Positions 30,537 to 39,512 of a stretch of 64,000 bases of DNA are shown piece by piece (position 1 is the stretch's first letter; every line of letters starts with the position of its first letter). The stretch is from Bacteroidales bacterium. GTDB taxonomy: Bacteria > Bacteroidota > Bacteroidia > Bacteroidales > VadinHA17. The stretch lies in NCBI GenBank assembly GCA_025358455.1, contig JANYJP010000033.1:225-64224 (forward strand), read 5' to 3'. Under the pieces are notes generated by a model. It was not told the origin of the DNA, ran no database searches, and saw only the letters and a list, made by a program, of their open reading frames with translations. The translations under genes were made by a program, and so were the position numbers.

Positions 30537-31475
30537 TTATATACCTTCTTTAATCTTTTGAGCAAGATTGGCGTGAACAACCTCTTTGGTTTGAATTACC
30601 ATGTTCATAATAGGCCGGCGTTTTGAAATACCGTGACCTATAACAACATTGGCGTTGATGCCTACAATTGGGGTACCTCCAATATTTTCCCAGTCAAGAC
30701 GATCAAAATATGAATCTTTAAGCTTCCTGGTTTTATATATATGATGGAATGCTTCGGCCAGTTTAAGAATAACATTGCCAACAAAACCATCACAAACTAT
30801 AACGTCTGTCATAGATTCGCGGAATAGCGCATTTGCTTCAATATTGCCTGCAAAATTCAGATTCGGTTGTTCTTTCATCAACTCATATGCAGCTTTAACT
30901 GTTGAGGTTCCCTTTGCTTCTTCTTCTCCAATATTGAGAAGTCCTACGGTCGGGTTCTCAGTGCCAAGAACATATTTTGCATAAATGCTTCCCAGTATAG
31001 CATATTGTGAAAGCACATCTGCCTTGCAGTCAGGATTTAATCCGATATCGAGAATAACTGAATCACGGTTATCGATGCATGGCAGTACTGTAGCCAATGC
31101 CGGTCTAAGTACGCCGGGGATTACACCAACAGTATAGCTTGCTCCAACCAGCATTGCACCTGTATTCCCTGCACTGCAGAAACCATCCAGCATGCCGCTT
31201 TTCAGCATCCCATATCCGACTGCAATACTTGAATTTTGTTTCTGTGAATAGGCTTTTGCAGGATGATCCCCCATTTCAATGACCTGTGTCGTATGCACAA
31301 TTTCAAACAGGGCCGGATCAGCCTTCATCTCATTCAATTTCCTTAATATCAAGCCTTTATCACCAATAAGAATAAGGCTCTCATCAACTGACAAATGCTG
31401 GAGGGAATCAACTGCGCCCTCAATGATTGCATCAGGTGCAAAATCACCACCCATGACATCAAGGCCAATTCTCAT
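30537..31475 (-). CDS. plsX: Phosphate acyltransferase PlsX
   Basis: 312 aa. N-terminus is [14 protein letters not shown]. It sits in the classic rpmF-plsX-fabH arrangement. Confidence 0.93.
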   Translation of the reverse strand: MRIGLDVMGGDFAPDAIIEGAVDSLQHLSVDESLILIGDKGLILRKLNEMKADPALFEIVHTTQVIEMGDHPAKAYSQKQNSSIAVGYGMLKSGMLDGFCSAGNTGAMLVGASYTVGVIPGVLRPALATVLPCIDNRDSVILDIGLNPDCKADVLSQYAILGSIYAKYVLGTENPTVGLLNIGEEEAKGTSTVKAAYELMKEQPNLNFAGNIEANALFRESMTDVIVCDGFVGNVILKLAEAFHHIYKTRKLKDSYFDRLDWENIGGTPIVGINANVVIGHGISKRRPIMNMVIQTKEVVHANLAQKIKEGI

Positions 31476-31500
31476 ATCACTTTTTTTAAATTAAGAAAAG

Positions 31501-31686
31501 TTATGCAGTAGCCTTTTTCTCAATAGCTAATTTGCCTCTGTAAAATCCGCACTCAGGACATACCCTGTGATACAGAACTGAAGATCCGCAGTTTGAACAG
31601 CTTGCGGTAGTAGGTGCAGTTGCTTTGTAATGTGTTCTGCGTTTATCTCTTCTGGTCTTAGAATGTTTGTGTTTTGGATGTGCCAT
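31501..31686 (-). CDS. rpmF: 50S ribosomal protein L32
   Basis: 61 aa. MAHPKHKHSKTRRDKRRTHYK plus a CxxC...CxxC zinc ribbon. Confidence 0.93.
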   Translation of the reverse strand: MAHPKHKHSKTRRDKRRTHYKATAPTTASCSNCGSSVLYHRVCPECGFYRGKLAIEKKATA

Positions 31687-31697
31687 TTTAATCTGTT

Positions 31698-32219
31698 TTA
31701 ATTATCGTTCATTAGTTTTTTCAATTCATCCCATCGGGGATCCGCTTCGGGTTCCTCTTCAACTATCAGCGCTTCAAGTTTCTTCAACATTACCGGATCG
31801 CAGGTACTTTTTCCATTATTGTCATCCGGATGCACCCTTTTGATCGGCAACGCAAGCATAATATATTCATATAAGTGCTGCTGCAGATCCAATTCATGTT
31901 CTCCGACGGGCAAAGATATAATGTCAGGATCAATATCTTCTATAGTTTTCCCAAACTTAACAAGAAGTCTGTTTTCACAGGAAATGGGATGGAAAAACAT
32001 CTCAAGACACCTGTCACAGCAGATTCTAACATTGCCGGAAATCCTTATTACAAGATCAGAATGAGTGGATCTTTTATTCACTATTATATTTGCAACAAGG
32101 CTGCCTTCCTTAACTTCCGCTTCTTCAAACTTTTCAAAAAACTTATTATCAATCTCAAAATCAATATCGTGGCGTCCTTCCTTCAATCCGCTTAACGGTA
32201 TGGTATATCTTCCGGACAT
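31698..32219 (-). CDS. YceD/DUF177 family protein
   Basis: The ORF track extends to 32261, but a TATTTTTG -7 box (32239-32246, minus strand) lies inside that extension, so the ATG at 32219 (MSGRYTIPLSGLKEG) is preferred. It has the CDRCL motif and sits upstream of rpmF. Confidence 0.8.
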   Translation of the reverse strand: MSGRYTIPLSGLKEGRHDIDFEIDNKFFEKFEEAEVKEGSLVANIIVNKRSTHSDLVIRISGNVRICCDRCLEMFFHPISCENRLLVKFGKTIEDIDPDIISLPVGEHELDLQQHLYEYIMLALPIKRVHPDDNNGKSTCDPVMLKKLEALIVEEEPEADPRWDELKKLMNDN

Positions 32220-32238
32220 CTCTTTAAATTTTGGTTTG

Positions 32239-32246
32239 CAAAAATA
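32239..32246 (-). promoter_or_regulatory. -7 box TATTTTTG upstream of yceD-rpmF-plsX-fabH
   Basis: Matches TAnnTTTG, 19 nt upstream of the ATG at 32219. Confidence 0.45.
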
Positions 32247-32369
32247 TGAATCCTTCTTCAATTAAAAAAATTATCAACAAAAAAGTAACATTAAATGTCT
32301 CAAAAGACCAAATACCGACAGAAAAACGCCATTCACCGATTTTCTATTCGCCATCTTTATAGTATATAT

Positions 32370-32377
32370 TACTTTTG
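32370..32377 (+). promoter_or_regulatory. -7 box TACTTTTG upstream of the LiaF-like/LytS/LytTR cluster
   Basis: Matches TAnnTTTG, 23 nt upstream of the ATG at 32401. Confidence 0.45.
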
Positions 32378-32400
32378 AAGCAGATTAAATAATCAGAAAC

Positions 32401-32760
32401 ATGAGCCGCAGAGATTATGAACACTTAAATAACAGGGAACATCACCCTAGAGTGGGTATCGGATTGTTCTTTATAGTTTTGGGAATAGCGCTTCTTATTG
32501 CAACAAATGATGTGTTTCATCTTGGAAGTGTAAGCAGTTATTTTACCTGGCAAACTGCTATGATCTTTATTGGTTTCCTCCTTTTACTTAATCTTCAGTT
32601 TATTGGTGGAATAATGCTTATAGCCTGGGGAATATGGTTTTTACGCGATCAGATCTTCTTTTTTTCTCCCGAAATCTTCAGAACTTTTTACTGGCCAGCG
32701 GTAATTGGTCTTATAGGTCTGTCTTTTATTATATCTTCGTTTTTTAAACAAAATAAATAA
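32401..32760 (+). CDS. Small membrane protein (LiaI/LiaF-TM-like)
   Basis: 119 aa with 4 hydrophobic helices. It is the first gene of a same-strand cluster with a LiaF-like protein and LytS/LytTR. A TACTTTTG box lies at 32370-32377. Confidence 0.5.
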   Translation: MSRRDYEHLNNREHHPRVGIGLFFIVLGIALLIATNDVFHLGSVSSYFTWQTAMIFIGFLLLLNLQFIGGIMLIAWGIWFLRDQIFFFSPEIFRTFYWPAVIGLIGLSFIISSFFKQNK

Positions 32761-32794
32761 TCCGGATAATCTGAAAACAAATAAATTTACAATT

Positions 32795-33544
32795 ATGGAA
32801 ACAAATGAAAGCTTCAGAGATGAAAGACGCAGCTACAGGCACGAACATCATGGGCTGCAAAATAACCGCGCAATTATCGGAGTGATACTTGTTCTGGTTG
32901 GCCTCTTCCTGGTTATGCGAAACACAGGTTTCTTCCCTGGTTTTATTGATCATATTATTTTCAGCTGGCCGATGCTGCTTATAACTATCGGAGTTGTAAT
33001 AACACTGGGTTCATCAGGAGGAAAAACCTCGGGTATAATTGTCATGGCTGTCGGAGCATTTTTCCTGATACCCAATATTTTCAGGGAGACATTTAACGTG
33101 GACATGTTCTGGCCTGCAATTTTCATACTTATTGGTGCAATATTTATTTTTACCAAACGAAAGGGGTGGAATTCTGTTTCAACAACAGTTCCTACCGGAG
33201 ATGACTACATTGATTATGTGCATATCTTCAGTGGCGGAGAACGGCAGATTGTTTCGGATAATTTCAGAGGAGGAAAAGTTACGGCAGTATTCGGAGGAAG
33301 CGAAATCGACCTCACCAAGGCTAAACTTGCCCCGGGAGTGTCTGAACTTGAACTTGCATGTGTATTCGGAGGCACCACGATAATAGTACCTGACGACTGG
33401 AATATAAAAATTGAGGTTGTCCCTGTCCTCGGAGGCTTTGGTGATTCGCGTAAGCTGATCCCCGGAAGAACAATTGACATGTCAAAACAGCTGGTAATAA
33501 AAGGAGCCGTTGTCTTCGGCGGCGGAGAAATAAAAAGTTATTAA
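32795..33544 (+). CDS. LiaF-like (DUF2154) cell-envelope stress protein
   Basis: 249 aa. An N-terminal 4-TM region is followed by a C-terminal beta-rich domain (FRGGKVTAVFGGSEIDLTKA...VFGGTTIIVPDDW...VFGGGEIKS). Confidence 0.6.
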   Translation: METNESFRDERRSYRHEHHGLQNNRAIIGVILVLVGLFLVMRNTGFFPGFIDHIIFSWPMLLITIGVVITLGSSGGKTSGIIVMAVGAFFLIPNIFRETFNVDMFWPAIFILIGAIFIFTKRKGWNSVSTTVPTGDDYIDYVHIFSGGERQIVSDNFRGGKVTAVFGGSEIDLTKAKLAPGVSELELACVFGGTTIIVPDDWNIKIEVVPVLGGFGDSRKLIPGRTIDMSKQLVIKGAVVFGGGEIKSY

Positions 33545-33555
33545 TCGCTGATTGA

Positions 33556-34602
33556 ATGAAACATCCGATACTTTCAAACAGAGTAAGGTTAATAGTATGG
33601 TGGCTGGTCTGGCTCTTTCTCGCGCTTGGCCAGTCATTGCTGTTTTATTTTGCTTATGGTAGCTTTATCCAGATAAGCCTGGTAGACAGTCTGGTCTCTT
33701 TGCTAATTTATTCGGGTATCGCATTGTCGTTGTGGTACCCTTTCAGATTTTTCAATGCCGGTATTACCAGGCATACCACACTCATCTCCAATCTCGTTCT
33801 TAGTGGCGCTCTTTCTGTAACGCTCTGGATCCTGATCACAAAATTTGTGATGACAATTGCGTTGCCTGAACAAAACAACTACCAGGACTATTGGGACAAA
33901 ACCTTCCCATACCGGGTAGGAACCGGGGTTTTTATTTATGGCCTGATTATTCTTACCTATTATCTATTCGTAAGTCTAAGTAATCTTTCTGAAAAAAATG
34001 CTAAAGAAGCGAAACTGGAGACTCTGGTAAAGGAGATTGAGCTTAAAATGCTTCGCTCACAAATCAACCCTCATTTTCTTTTCAATAGTCTGAATTCAAT
34101 AAGCTCTCTGACAATAACTGATCCTGAAAAGGCAAGGGATATGGTTGTAAAACTTTCTGAATTCATGCGATATGCTCTTTCCAGAAAGGACGAACAACCT
34201 GTCTCCCTGCAAAGTGAACTTGATAACCTGCTTCTTTATCTTGATATTGAGAAAGTGAGATTCGGTGAAAAACTGACCACTGAAGAAAATATTGAAAAGG
34301 AGTGCCTCGACATGAAGATCCCTGTCCTGCTCCTGCAGCCTCTTTATGAAAATGCTGTCAAACATGGCGTTTATGAAAGTACTGAAAAGGTAAGGATTAT
34401 GACCCGGGCAAAGATTATTGATGGATTCATTGAGATAATTATAAGCAATAATTACGATCCCGCCCCATCATTAAAAAGAGGAACGGGAACTGGTCTGTTA
34501 AATGTTTCCAGACGTCTCGAACTGTTCTACGGTAACAAGGCATCGTTAAAAACTTCGAAAGAAAATGGTATATATTCGGTAACCCTGTATATACCCATAT
34601 AA
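33556..34602 (+). CDS. LytS/YehU-type sensor histidine kinase
   Basis: 348 aa with a multi-TM N-terminus, the His_kinase motif QINPHFLFNSLNSI and a HATPase C-terminus. Confidence 0.85.
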   Translation: MKHPILSNRVRLIVWWLVWLFLALGQSLLFYFAYGSFIQISLVDSLVSLLIYSGIALSLWYPFRFFNAGITRHTTLISNLVLSGALSVTLWILITKFVMTIALPEQNNYQDYWDKTFPYRVGTGVFIYGLIILTYYLFVSLSNLSEKNAKEAKLETLVKEIELKMLRSQINPHFLFNSLNSISSLTITDPEKARDMVVKLSEFMRYALSRKDEQPVSLQSELDNLLLYLDIEKVRFGEKLTTEENIEKECLDMKIPVLLLQPLYENAVKHGVYESTEKVRIMTRAKIIDGFIEIIISNNYDPAPSLKRGTGTGLLNVSRRLELFYGNKASLKTSKENGIYSVTLYIPI

Positions 34603-34688
34603 TATTTGTAAATGTCCTTTGAAAATTAATATATTCAGGAGAAAGAAAACCAAGGAAGTTTTTATCTTCTCATGGTAACAAGAACAGT

Positions 34689-35441
34689 ATGGAAAATATC
34701 AGAATATTAATAATTGATGATGAAACCCCTGCGCGGGAATTAATTAAACATTATTTACAGGAGGTAGAATTCATAGAGGTTATTGGCGAATGCGCAGATG
34801 GCTTTTCTGGTCTCAAATCGATATCGGCAATGAAACCCGATCTGATTTTCCTTGATATTCAGATGCCCAGACTTACCGGAATCGAGTTAGTTGAGGTTCT
34901 TACCGAGAAGCCTGAAATAATATTTACCACAGCTTATGATCAGTTTGCAATAAGGGCTTTTGAACTGAATGCCGTAGATTATCTTATGAAGCCTTTTCAA
35001 AAAAGCCGGTTCCTTGATGCAGTTAAGAAAGCTATTGACAAAATCAGGTCAGGTAAGGGAAACAAAGAATCAGCAAGTCAGCTTCTTTCTAAAAGGCCCG
35101 AACACACTTCTTCAGTAAACAGAGTTGTTGTACGCAAGGGGAATGCAATAAATCTTATTCCTGTAGAACATATCAGATATGTAGAAGCTCAGGATGATTA
35201 TGTTATGATATACCATTCAGCAGGAAAGGCTTTAAAACAACAAACTATGAAATTTTATGAGGAGAATCTTCCAAAAACCGACTTTGTAAGAATTCACCGT
35301 TCATACATTGTAAATGTAGTTGAGATCAATCGTATTGAGCCATACGGGAAAGACACTCACATTGCAATTCTTCACTCGGGAGATAAACTGCCCGTAAGCC
35401 GTTCAGGTTATAAACAGCTGAAGGAAGAGCTTAAGTTCTGA
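34689..35441 (+). CDS. LytTR-family response regulator
   Basis: 250 aa. Receiver domain (ILIIDDE and IFLDIQMP) plus a LytTR DNA-binding domain (FVRIHRSYIVN). Confidence 0.9.
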   Translation: MENIRILIIDDETPARELIKHYLQEVEFIEVIGECADGFSGLKSISAMKPDLIFLDIQMPRLTGIELVEVLTEKPEIIFTTAYDQFAIRAFELNAVDYLMKPFQKSRFLDAVKKAIDKIRSGKGNKESASQLLSKRPEHTSSVNRVVVRKGNAINLIPVEHIRYVEAQDDYVMIYHSAGKALKQQTMKFYEENLPKTDFVRIHRSYIVNVVEINRIEPYGKDTHIAILHSGDKLPVSRSGYKQLKEELKF

Positions 35442-35473
35442 TAAACGGCTCAATGACTCTACGGCTCACACCA

Positions 35474-35800
35474 TTATGCCGTTAAATCGTTACTCCTTTT
35501 TAACCGGTTATTTGTTTCCCGCTTTTTAAACATTTCTGAAAGTGGCCTGTACCGACGGAACCTGAAGAGCGGAACAGGATCATAACCATGTGTTCCTCCC
35601 GGCCTGCATCTTAGTATCCTTCCGGTTCCTAAAACCAGACCGGTAAATGGTCCGTGGATCTTCAGCGCATCAAGCATATATTGTGAACATGACGGTACAT
35701 GACGGCATGACGGACGAAGCAAAGGTGAAATCGAATACTTGTAAAAAAGCACAGGCAGAGATAATAGAAATGATAATATCGCGCTGATCGCCTTGGTCAT
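35474..35800 (-). CDS. yidD: Membrane protein insertion efficiency factor YidD
   Basis: 108 aa. YKYSISPLLRPSCRHVPSCSQYMLDALKIHG...CRPGGTHGYDPVP is the YidD signature. It has a basic C-terminal tail. Confidence 0.85.
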   Translation of the reverse strand: MTKAISAILSFLLSLPVLFYKYSISPLLRPSCRHVPSCSQYMLDALKIHGPFTGLVLGTGRILRCRPGGTHGYDPVPLFRFRRYRPLSEMFKKRETNNRLKRSNDLTA

Positions 35801-35845
35801 GATGCAAAGGTAATAAACAAAATGACCAGTTAATTCCGGGGATAT

Positions 35846-35878
35846 GAACCCCTTTTAATTCGGCGGAACAGAGGGGTC
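35846..35878. repeat. GC-rich intergenic element, short copy (hairpin)
   Basis: The reverse complement reads GACCCCTCTGTTCCGCCGAATTAAAAGGGGTTC. The ends CCCCTCT.../...AAAAGGGG can pair. It starts directly after the stop codon of the 35879-36616 gene. Confidence 0.7.
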
Positions 35879-36616
35879 TTATCTTCCTTCAACTTCAAGC
35901 AACTTTGTGCTTTTTTGGATAATTCTTATGACCAGCCAGATTATGCCGGCTGAAGCAGTAAGATATAACCACATTTCTGTCAGGTAAATTCGTTCCGAAA
36001 GAAAATAGTTTCTGAACAGATCAAGCAAAGTGAAAATTAAGAATATATTTATAAAACTGTTGTATTCTCTCTTCAGAACATTCCGTACTGAAAAGGTAAG
36101 ATCAGAAGGAATATATTTAAAAGAATACGGGATGAAGGAACTTACTTTTTCTGCCCATTTGTCATAGATCTCCCCGAATTTTTTTCTTAAAAATTGTTCT
36201 TCTGCAAACATTATCCTCTCATAATATAGCCAGTATATCAGCCCGAAAAGTACGGCAGCCAAGGCAGAGCGTAGGAACAAAACCGGTCCAAGCCACATAA
36301 AGAAATTTCCGAGGTAGAGCGGGTGACGCAATACTGAATAAATGCCGGTGACATTTAATTCATCAGCAAGCTGACCGTTAACCGTGTTTCGTCCGGAGGT
36401 GTTCTTTGGAGTATACCCAACAGTAATAATCCTTATTATCTCGCCAAAAAAGCTCACTCCAAGAAATATAAGCTCATCCCTCATATCAAAGAGTATTGCC
36501 TGCCGGTTGCCCAGATACATCATAACAATACCCGCAACAATTAATATAGCTGGCAGCCAACTCCTTCTTTTAAATAACCAGTTCCCGCTGTTTTCAAATT
36601 CATGTACCAGTGACAT
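35879..36616 (-). CDS. ICMT/PEMT-like membrane methyltransferase family protein
   Basis: The ORF track starts at 36664, but a TACTTTTG box (36639-36646, minus strand) lies inside that extension, so the ATG at 36616 (MSLVHEF) is preferred. Family motif is LRHPLYLGNFFMWLG. Confidence 0.65.
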   Translation of the reverse strand: MSLVHEFENSGNWLFKRRSWLPAILIVAGIVMMYLGNRQAILFDMRDELIFLGVSFFGEIIRIITVGYTPKNTSGRNTVNGQLADELNVTGIYSVLRHPLYLGNFFMWLGPVLFLRSALAAVLFGLIYWLYYERIMFAEEQFLRKKFGEIYDKWAEKVSSFIPYSFKYIPSDLTFSVRNVLKREYNSFINIFLIFTLLDLFRNYFLSERIYLTEMWLYLTASAGIIWLVIRIIQKSTKLLEVEGR

Positions 36617-36638
36617 CTTTGTTTTTTTAATGACACCG

Positions 36639-36646
36639 CAAAAGTA
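36639..36646 (-). promoter_or_regulatory. -7 box TACTTTTG upstream of the methyltransferase-family gene
   Basis: Matches TAnnTTTG, 22 nt upstream of the ATG at 36616. Confidence 0.45.
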
Positions 36647-36874
36647 GAAAAAATCCGGAAACAATATTTATACCTGTCTTAAGTATAAAACAGTCCCAAA
36701 TAAATCTTTTTTGTTATAAGGCGACTCATTTTATAAGTCAGGAAAAAATTACAGATTAGATTTCTTTTATTTCTGGTATGGCAAAATCCCTTAAAACAAA
36801 TATTTGAAGAATGGAAATCGATTATTCTGGAAAGATTTTTTATCTTTATCAGTTGTACATAAACCAATTTTACC

Positions 36875-38290
36875 ATGGCAAGCCTCAAACTTTTACTGGG
36901 AATGATCCCATCGACTTTAAAAATTGAGCAGGCAGAAAAGGCGTTAATTGCTGAATTTGAGAAGCTTCATGCCTTTTCCGAATCTGACCAGCTGGCAAAT
37001 TACAAGAAGCTCGACTCTCTGGTAAATTCTTCAGATTTTGTTCAGAAAAAGAAAGAGATTGAATCCCTTCAGTATAAGAATTCAGAGGAATACTCAAAAG
37101 AGAAAGAGTTTTTGTCACTTCAAAAATCAAAGGATATAGTTCTTTATTACAGAACAATTGCTGGTCCGGTTCTGAAGAAGTTCAAGGAGTTGGATGGCTC
37201 AGAAAAAATAAATGGTTATGAATCTCTTCAAACCCTGGTTAAGTCTCTGGAATTTAAAGAAAAGATTAAGGCAAAAGGGTTCAAAGAAACTGATGATTTT
37301 AAAAAGCTTCAGGAATACAACCGCCTGAAAAACAGCTCCGAAATAAAGGATTATTTTAAGTTCAAATCCGCCAAAGAATATGCGAACTATCTGAATATTG
37401 ATGGTTCCAAACGTCTTGCCAGATTCAATGAGCTTAAAGAATACGTTACCACGGCAGATTTCAAACAAAAGAAAGAGTATCTTCTTGATAAGAAAAGATA
37501 CGAGAAAACAGCGATGTTCAAGGAGTTACAGGAGTATGATAAACTTAAGAAGAACCCCGATATTATCTGGTACTTAATTGTTAAAGATTCCAACAAATTT
37601 GATGTTCTTAAACACAGGGAGTTAACCTTTTGTGAGGAGTTTGATATTGATAAGCTCGATACTAAAAAATGGATGACAAACTACTTCTGGGGTGAAAAAT
37701 TACTCAACGACAGATATTCTGTTGAATCAGATCTTCAGGCATATACGGAAAAGGAAAATTTCGAAATCCGGACCAGTGTACTTAAAATCAGCACCAAACC
37801 TCAGAGAATCACCGGGAAAGTATGGTCAGCAGCACATGGGTTTTCCACAAAAGAATTCGGCTATACGTCAGGACTTGTTAATACGGGAACCAGTTTCCGG
37901 CAGAAATATGGTCTGTTTACTGCAAAAATAAAGCTTGGAGATCCAAATGCAAAGAATGCTTTTTGGATGCTTGGTGATAAAATCACACCTCATATTGATA
38001 TTTGCCGGACTTCTAAAGGTAAAGTCTGGTTCAACTATTTCAATGCCAATGGGAATAATGTAAAAACCTCGCTCGGGTCACGGTATTCCAATGATTTCTT
38101 CATTTATTCACTTGAATGGACCTCTGACAAACTTGTCTGGAAAATAAATAATACAAAGGTATATACCCAGACTTCTGATGTCCCACAGGAGCCAATGTAT
38201 GTTGGTCTTGCAGGTGGGCTTGACAAGCCAATAAATGGTATGACCACAATGGAAATTGACTGGGTAAGAGTTTATCAGCCTAAAAATTAA
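36875..38290 (+). CDS. GH16-fold (concanavalin-like) protein lacking catalytic Glu residues, with an N-terminal helical-repeat region
   Basis: 471 aa. C-terminal GH16 landmarks are GLFTAKIKL, NAFWMLG, LEWTSDKLVWKINN and MEIDWVRVYQ, but the ExDxxE position reads HIDICR. The N-terminal ~250 aa contain about 7 degenerate repeats of the type FKELxEYxxLKxSxxIKxY. Confidence 0.7.
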   Translation: MASLKLLLGMIPSTLKIEQAEKALIAEFEKLHAFSESDQLANYKKLDSLVNSSDFVQKKKEIESLQYKNSEEYSKEKEFLSLQKSKDIVLYYRTIAGPVLKKFKELDGSEKINGYESLQTLVKSLEFKEKIKAKGFKETDDFKKLQEYNRLKNSSEIKDYFKFKSAKEYANYLNIDGSKRLARFNELKEYVTTADFKQKKEYLLDKKRYEKTAMFKELQEYDKLKKNPDIIWYLIVKDSNKFDVLKHRELTFCEEFDIDKLDTKKWMTNYFWGEKLLNDRYSVESDLQAYTEKENFEIRTSVLKISTKPQRITGKVWSAAHGFSTKEFGYTSGLVNTGTSFRQKYGLFTAKIKLGDPNAKNAFWMLGDKITPHIDICRTSKGKVWFNYFNANGNNVKTSLGSRYSNDFFIYSLEWTSDKLVWKINNTKVYTQTSDVPQEPMYVGLAGGLDKPINGMTTMEIDWVRVYQPKN

Positions 38291-38857
38291 CTACATTATT
38301 TTTAACGGCGGGCCAACTATCTCCATTTCATTATCAGCGAAAATCTTTGCTATTTCTTCAGTAGTAGGTTCTTTTTCGAGACCTGCCAGGGTTATAAAGA
38401 ATTCCTCCATCTTTCCTGCTGGCTGAAATGTCACTGTCATTTTCCCTGTATTACTCACCTGGGTCCAGGCATGTGGAACTTTTCTTGGCAAAAATATACT
38501 ATCACCAACGCCAAGGTGATAAGGTACTTTACCAACCTCAAAATAATATTCCCCTTTAATGACATAAAACACTTCATCCTGCATTGGATGAATATGCAAG
38601 GGGGTACCTCTCCCCTGTGAAATACTAGTCTGTTCAAATATTGCCAAATCTCCATTAGTATCTTTGCCCGATACCTTTAAATCTAAAATATTCGCATTTA
38701 CACCTTTTAACTTAAGATGTCCATGTATTCTACCCTCACCATCATTTATCTTAAATCCCTTATTGTTGTTTGTAAGTCCTGTCTGATTCTGAATGCCAAA
38801 AGCAAAAGGGGCAGCAGTTAAGGCTAACATAGTTCCAAGAAATCTTTTTCTTTTCAT
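38291..38857 (-). CDS. Secreted cupin-domain protein
   Basis: 188 aa. The signal peptide has an RKRFLG (Tat-like KR) motif. Cupin motifs are PLHIHPMQDEVFYVIKG and GDSIFLPRKVPHAW. Confidence 0.75.
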   Translation of the reverse strand: MKRKRFLGTMLALTAAPFAFGIQNQTGLTNNNKGFKINDGEGRIHGHLKLKGVNANILDLKVSGKDTNGDLAIFEQTSISQGRGTPLHIHPMQDEVFYVIKGEYYFEVGKVPYHLGVGDSIFLPRKVPHAWTQVSNTGKMTVTFQPAGKMEEFFITLAGLEKEPTTEEIAKIFADNEMEIVGPPLKIM

Positions 38858-38978
38858 GATGATTCTTTATAATCATTCTAATTAACAACAAAATAATATT
38901 GAGAATGTTCGCAGGTATTCAACAAACAATTAGCAGAAACGCCCAGTGTGAGAACCTACACATTTTTTGTACATACCT

Positions 38979-39003
38979 GTAACTTTTCGTAATTTCATCC
39001 GTC
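38979..39003 (+). promoter_or_regulatory. ECF-type promoter (-35 GTAAC, 16-nt spacer, -10 CGTC) upstream of the ECF sigma gene
   Basis: The sequence is ccTGTAACttttcgtaatttcatcCGTCTttgc, with GTAAC at 38979-38983 and CGTC at 39000-39003. The ATG lies 21 nt downstream. The pattern matches the general ECF autoregulatory promoter architecture. Confidence 0.55.
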
Positions 39004-39024
39004 TTTGCATTGTATTAGCCATTT

Positions 39025-39510
39025 ATGACAGTAAGAGAATACAACAGATCTGTTGAAGAATATGCCGATTCAGTTTACCGTTTTATCAGGGGCAACCTTA
39101 AGGATGAAGACAGGTCGAATGACATCGTTCAGGATAGTTTCGAAAAACTCTGGCGACATGTTGCAGAGATTGAATATCGGGTGGTGAAATCATGGTTGTT
39201 TTCAACAGCGTATCATAACATGATTGACATAATACGTAAGGAAAAGAGGATGACCAATCTTGAGCCGGAACATGAAAAGGAAATGATTTATGAATCCCAT
39301 TACAGTGATCTTAATGAAATCCTGCATATTGCACTCAGCCGGCTGCCTGAACAACAGAAAACTTCGGTCATGCTCAGAGATTATGAAGGTTACAGCTATA
39401 AGGAGATTGGTGACATAACCGGGCAAACTGAAGCCCAGGTAAAAATAAACATCTACAGGGGTCGCCTTGCGCTGAAGAGTTTTATCGGAAAAATTGAAAC
39501 TGTTCTTTAG
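39025..39510 (+). CDS. ECF-type RNA polymerase sigma-70 factor
   Basis: 161 aa with region 2 (DIVQDSFEKLW) and region 4 (YEGYSYKEIGDITGQTEAQVKINIYRGR). Confidence 0.88.
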   Translation: MTVREYNRSVEEYADSVYRFIRGNLKDEDRSNDIVQDSFEKLWRHVAEIEYRVVKSWLFSTAYHNMIDIIRKEKRMTNLEPEHEKEMIYESHYSDLNEILHIALSRLPEQQKTSVMLRDYEGYSYKEIGDITGQTEAQVKINIYRGRLALKSFIGKIETVL

Positions 39511-39512
39511 CC

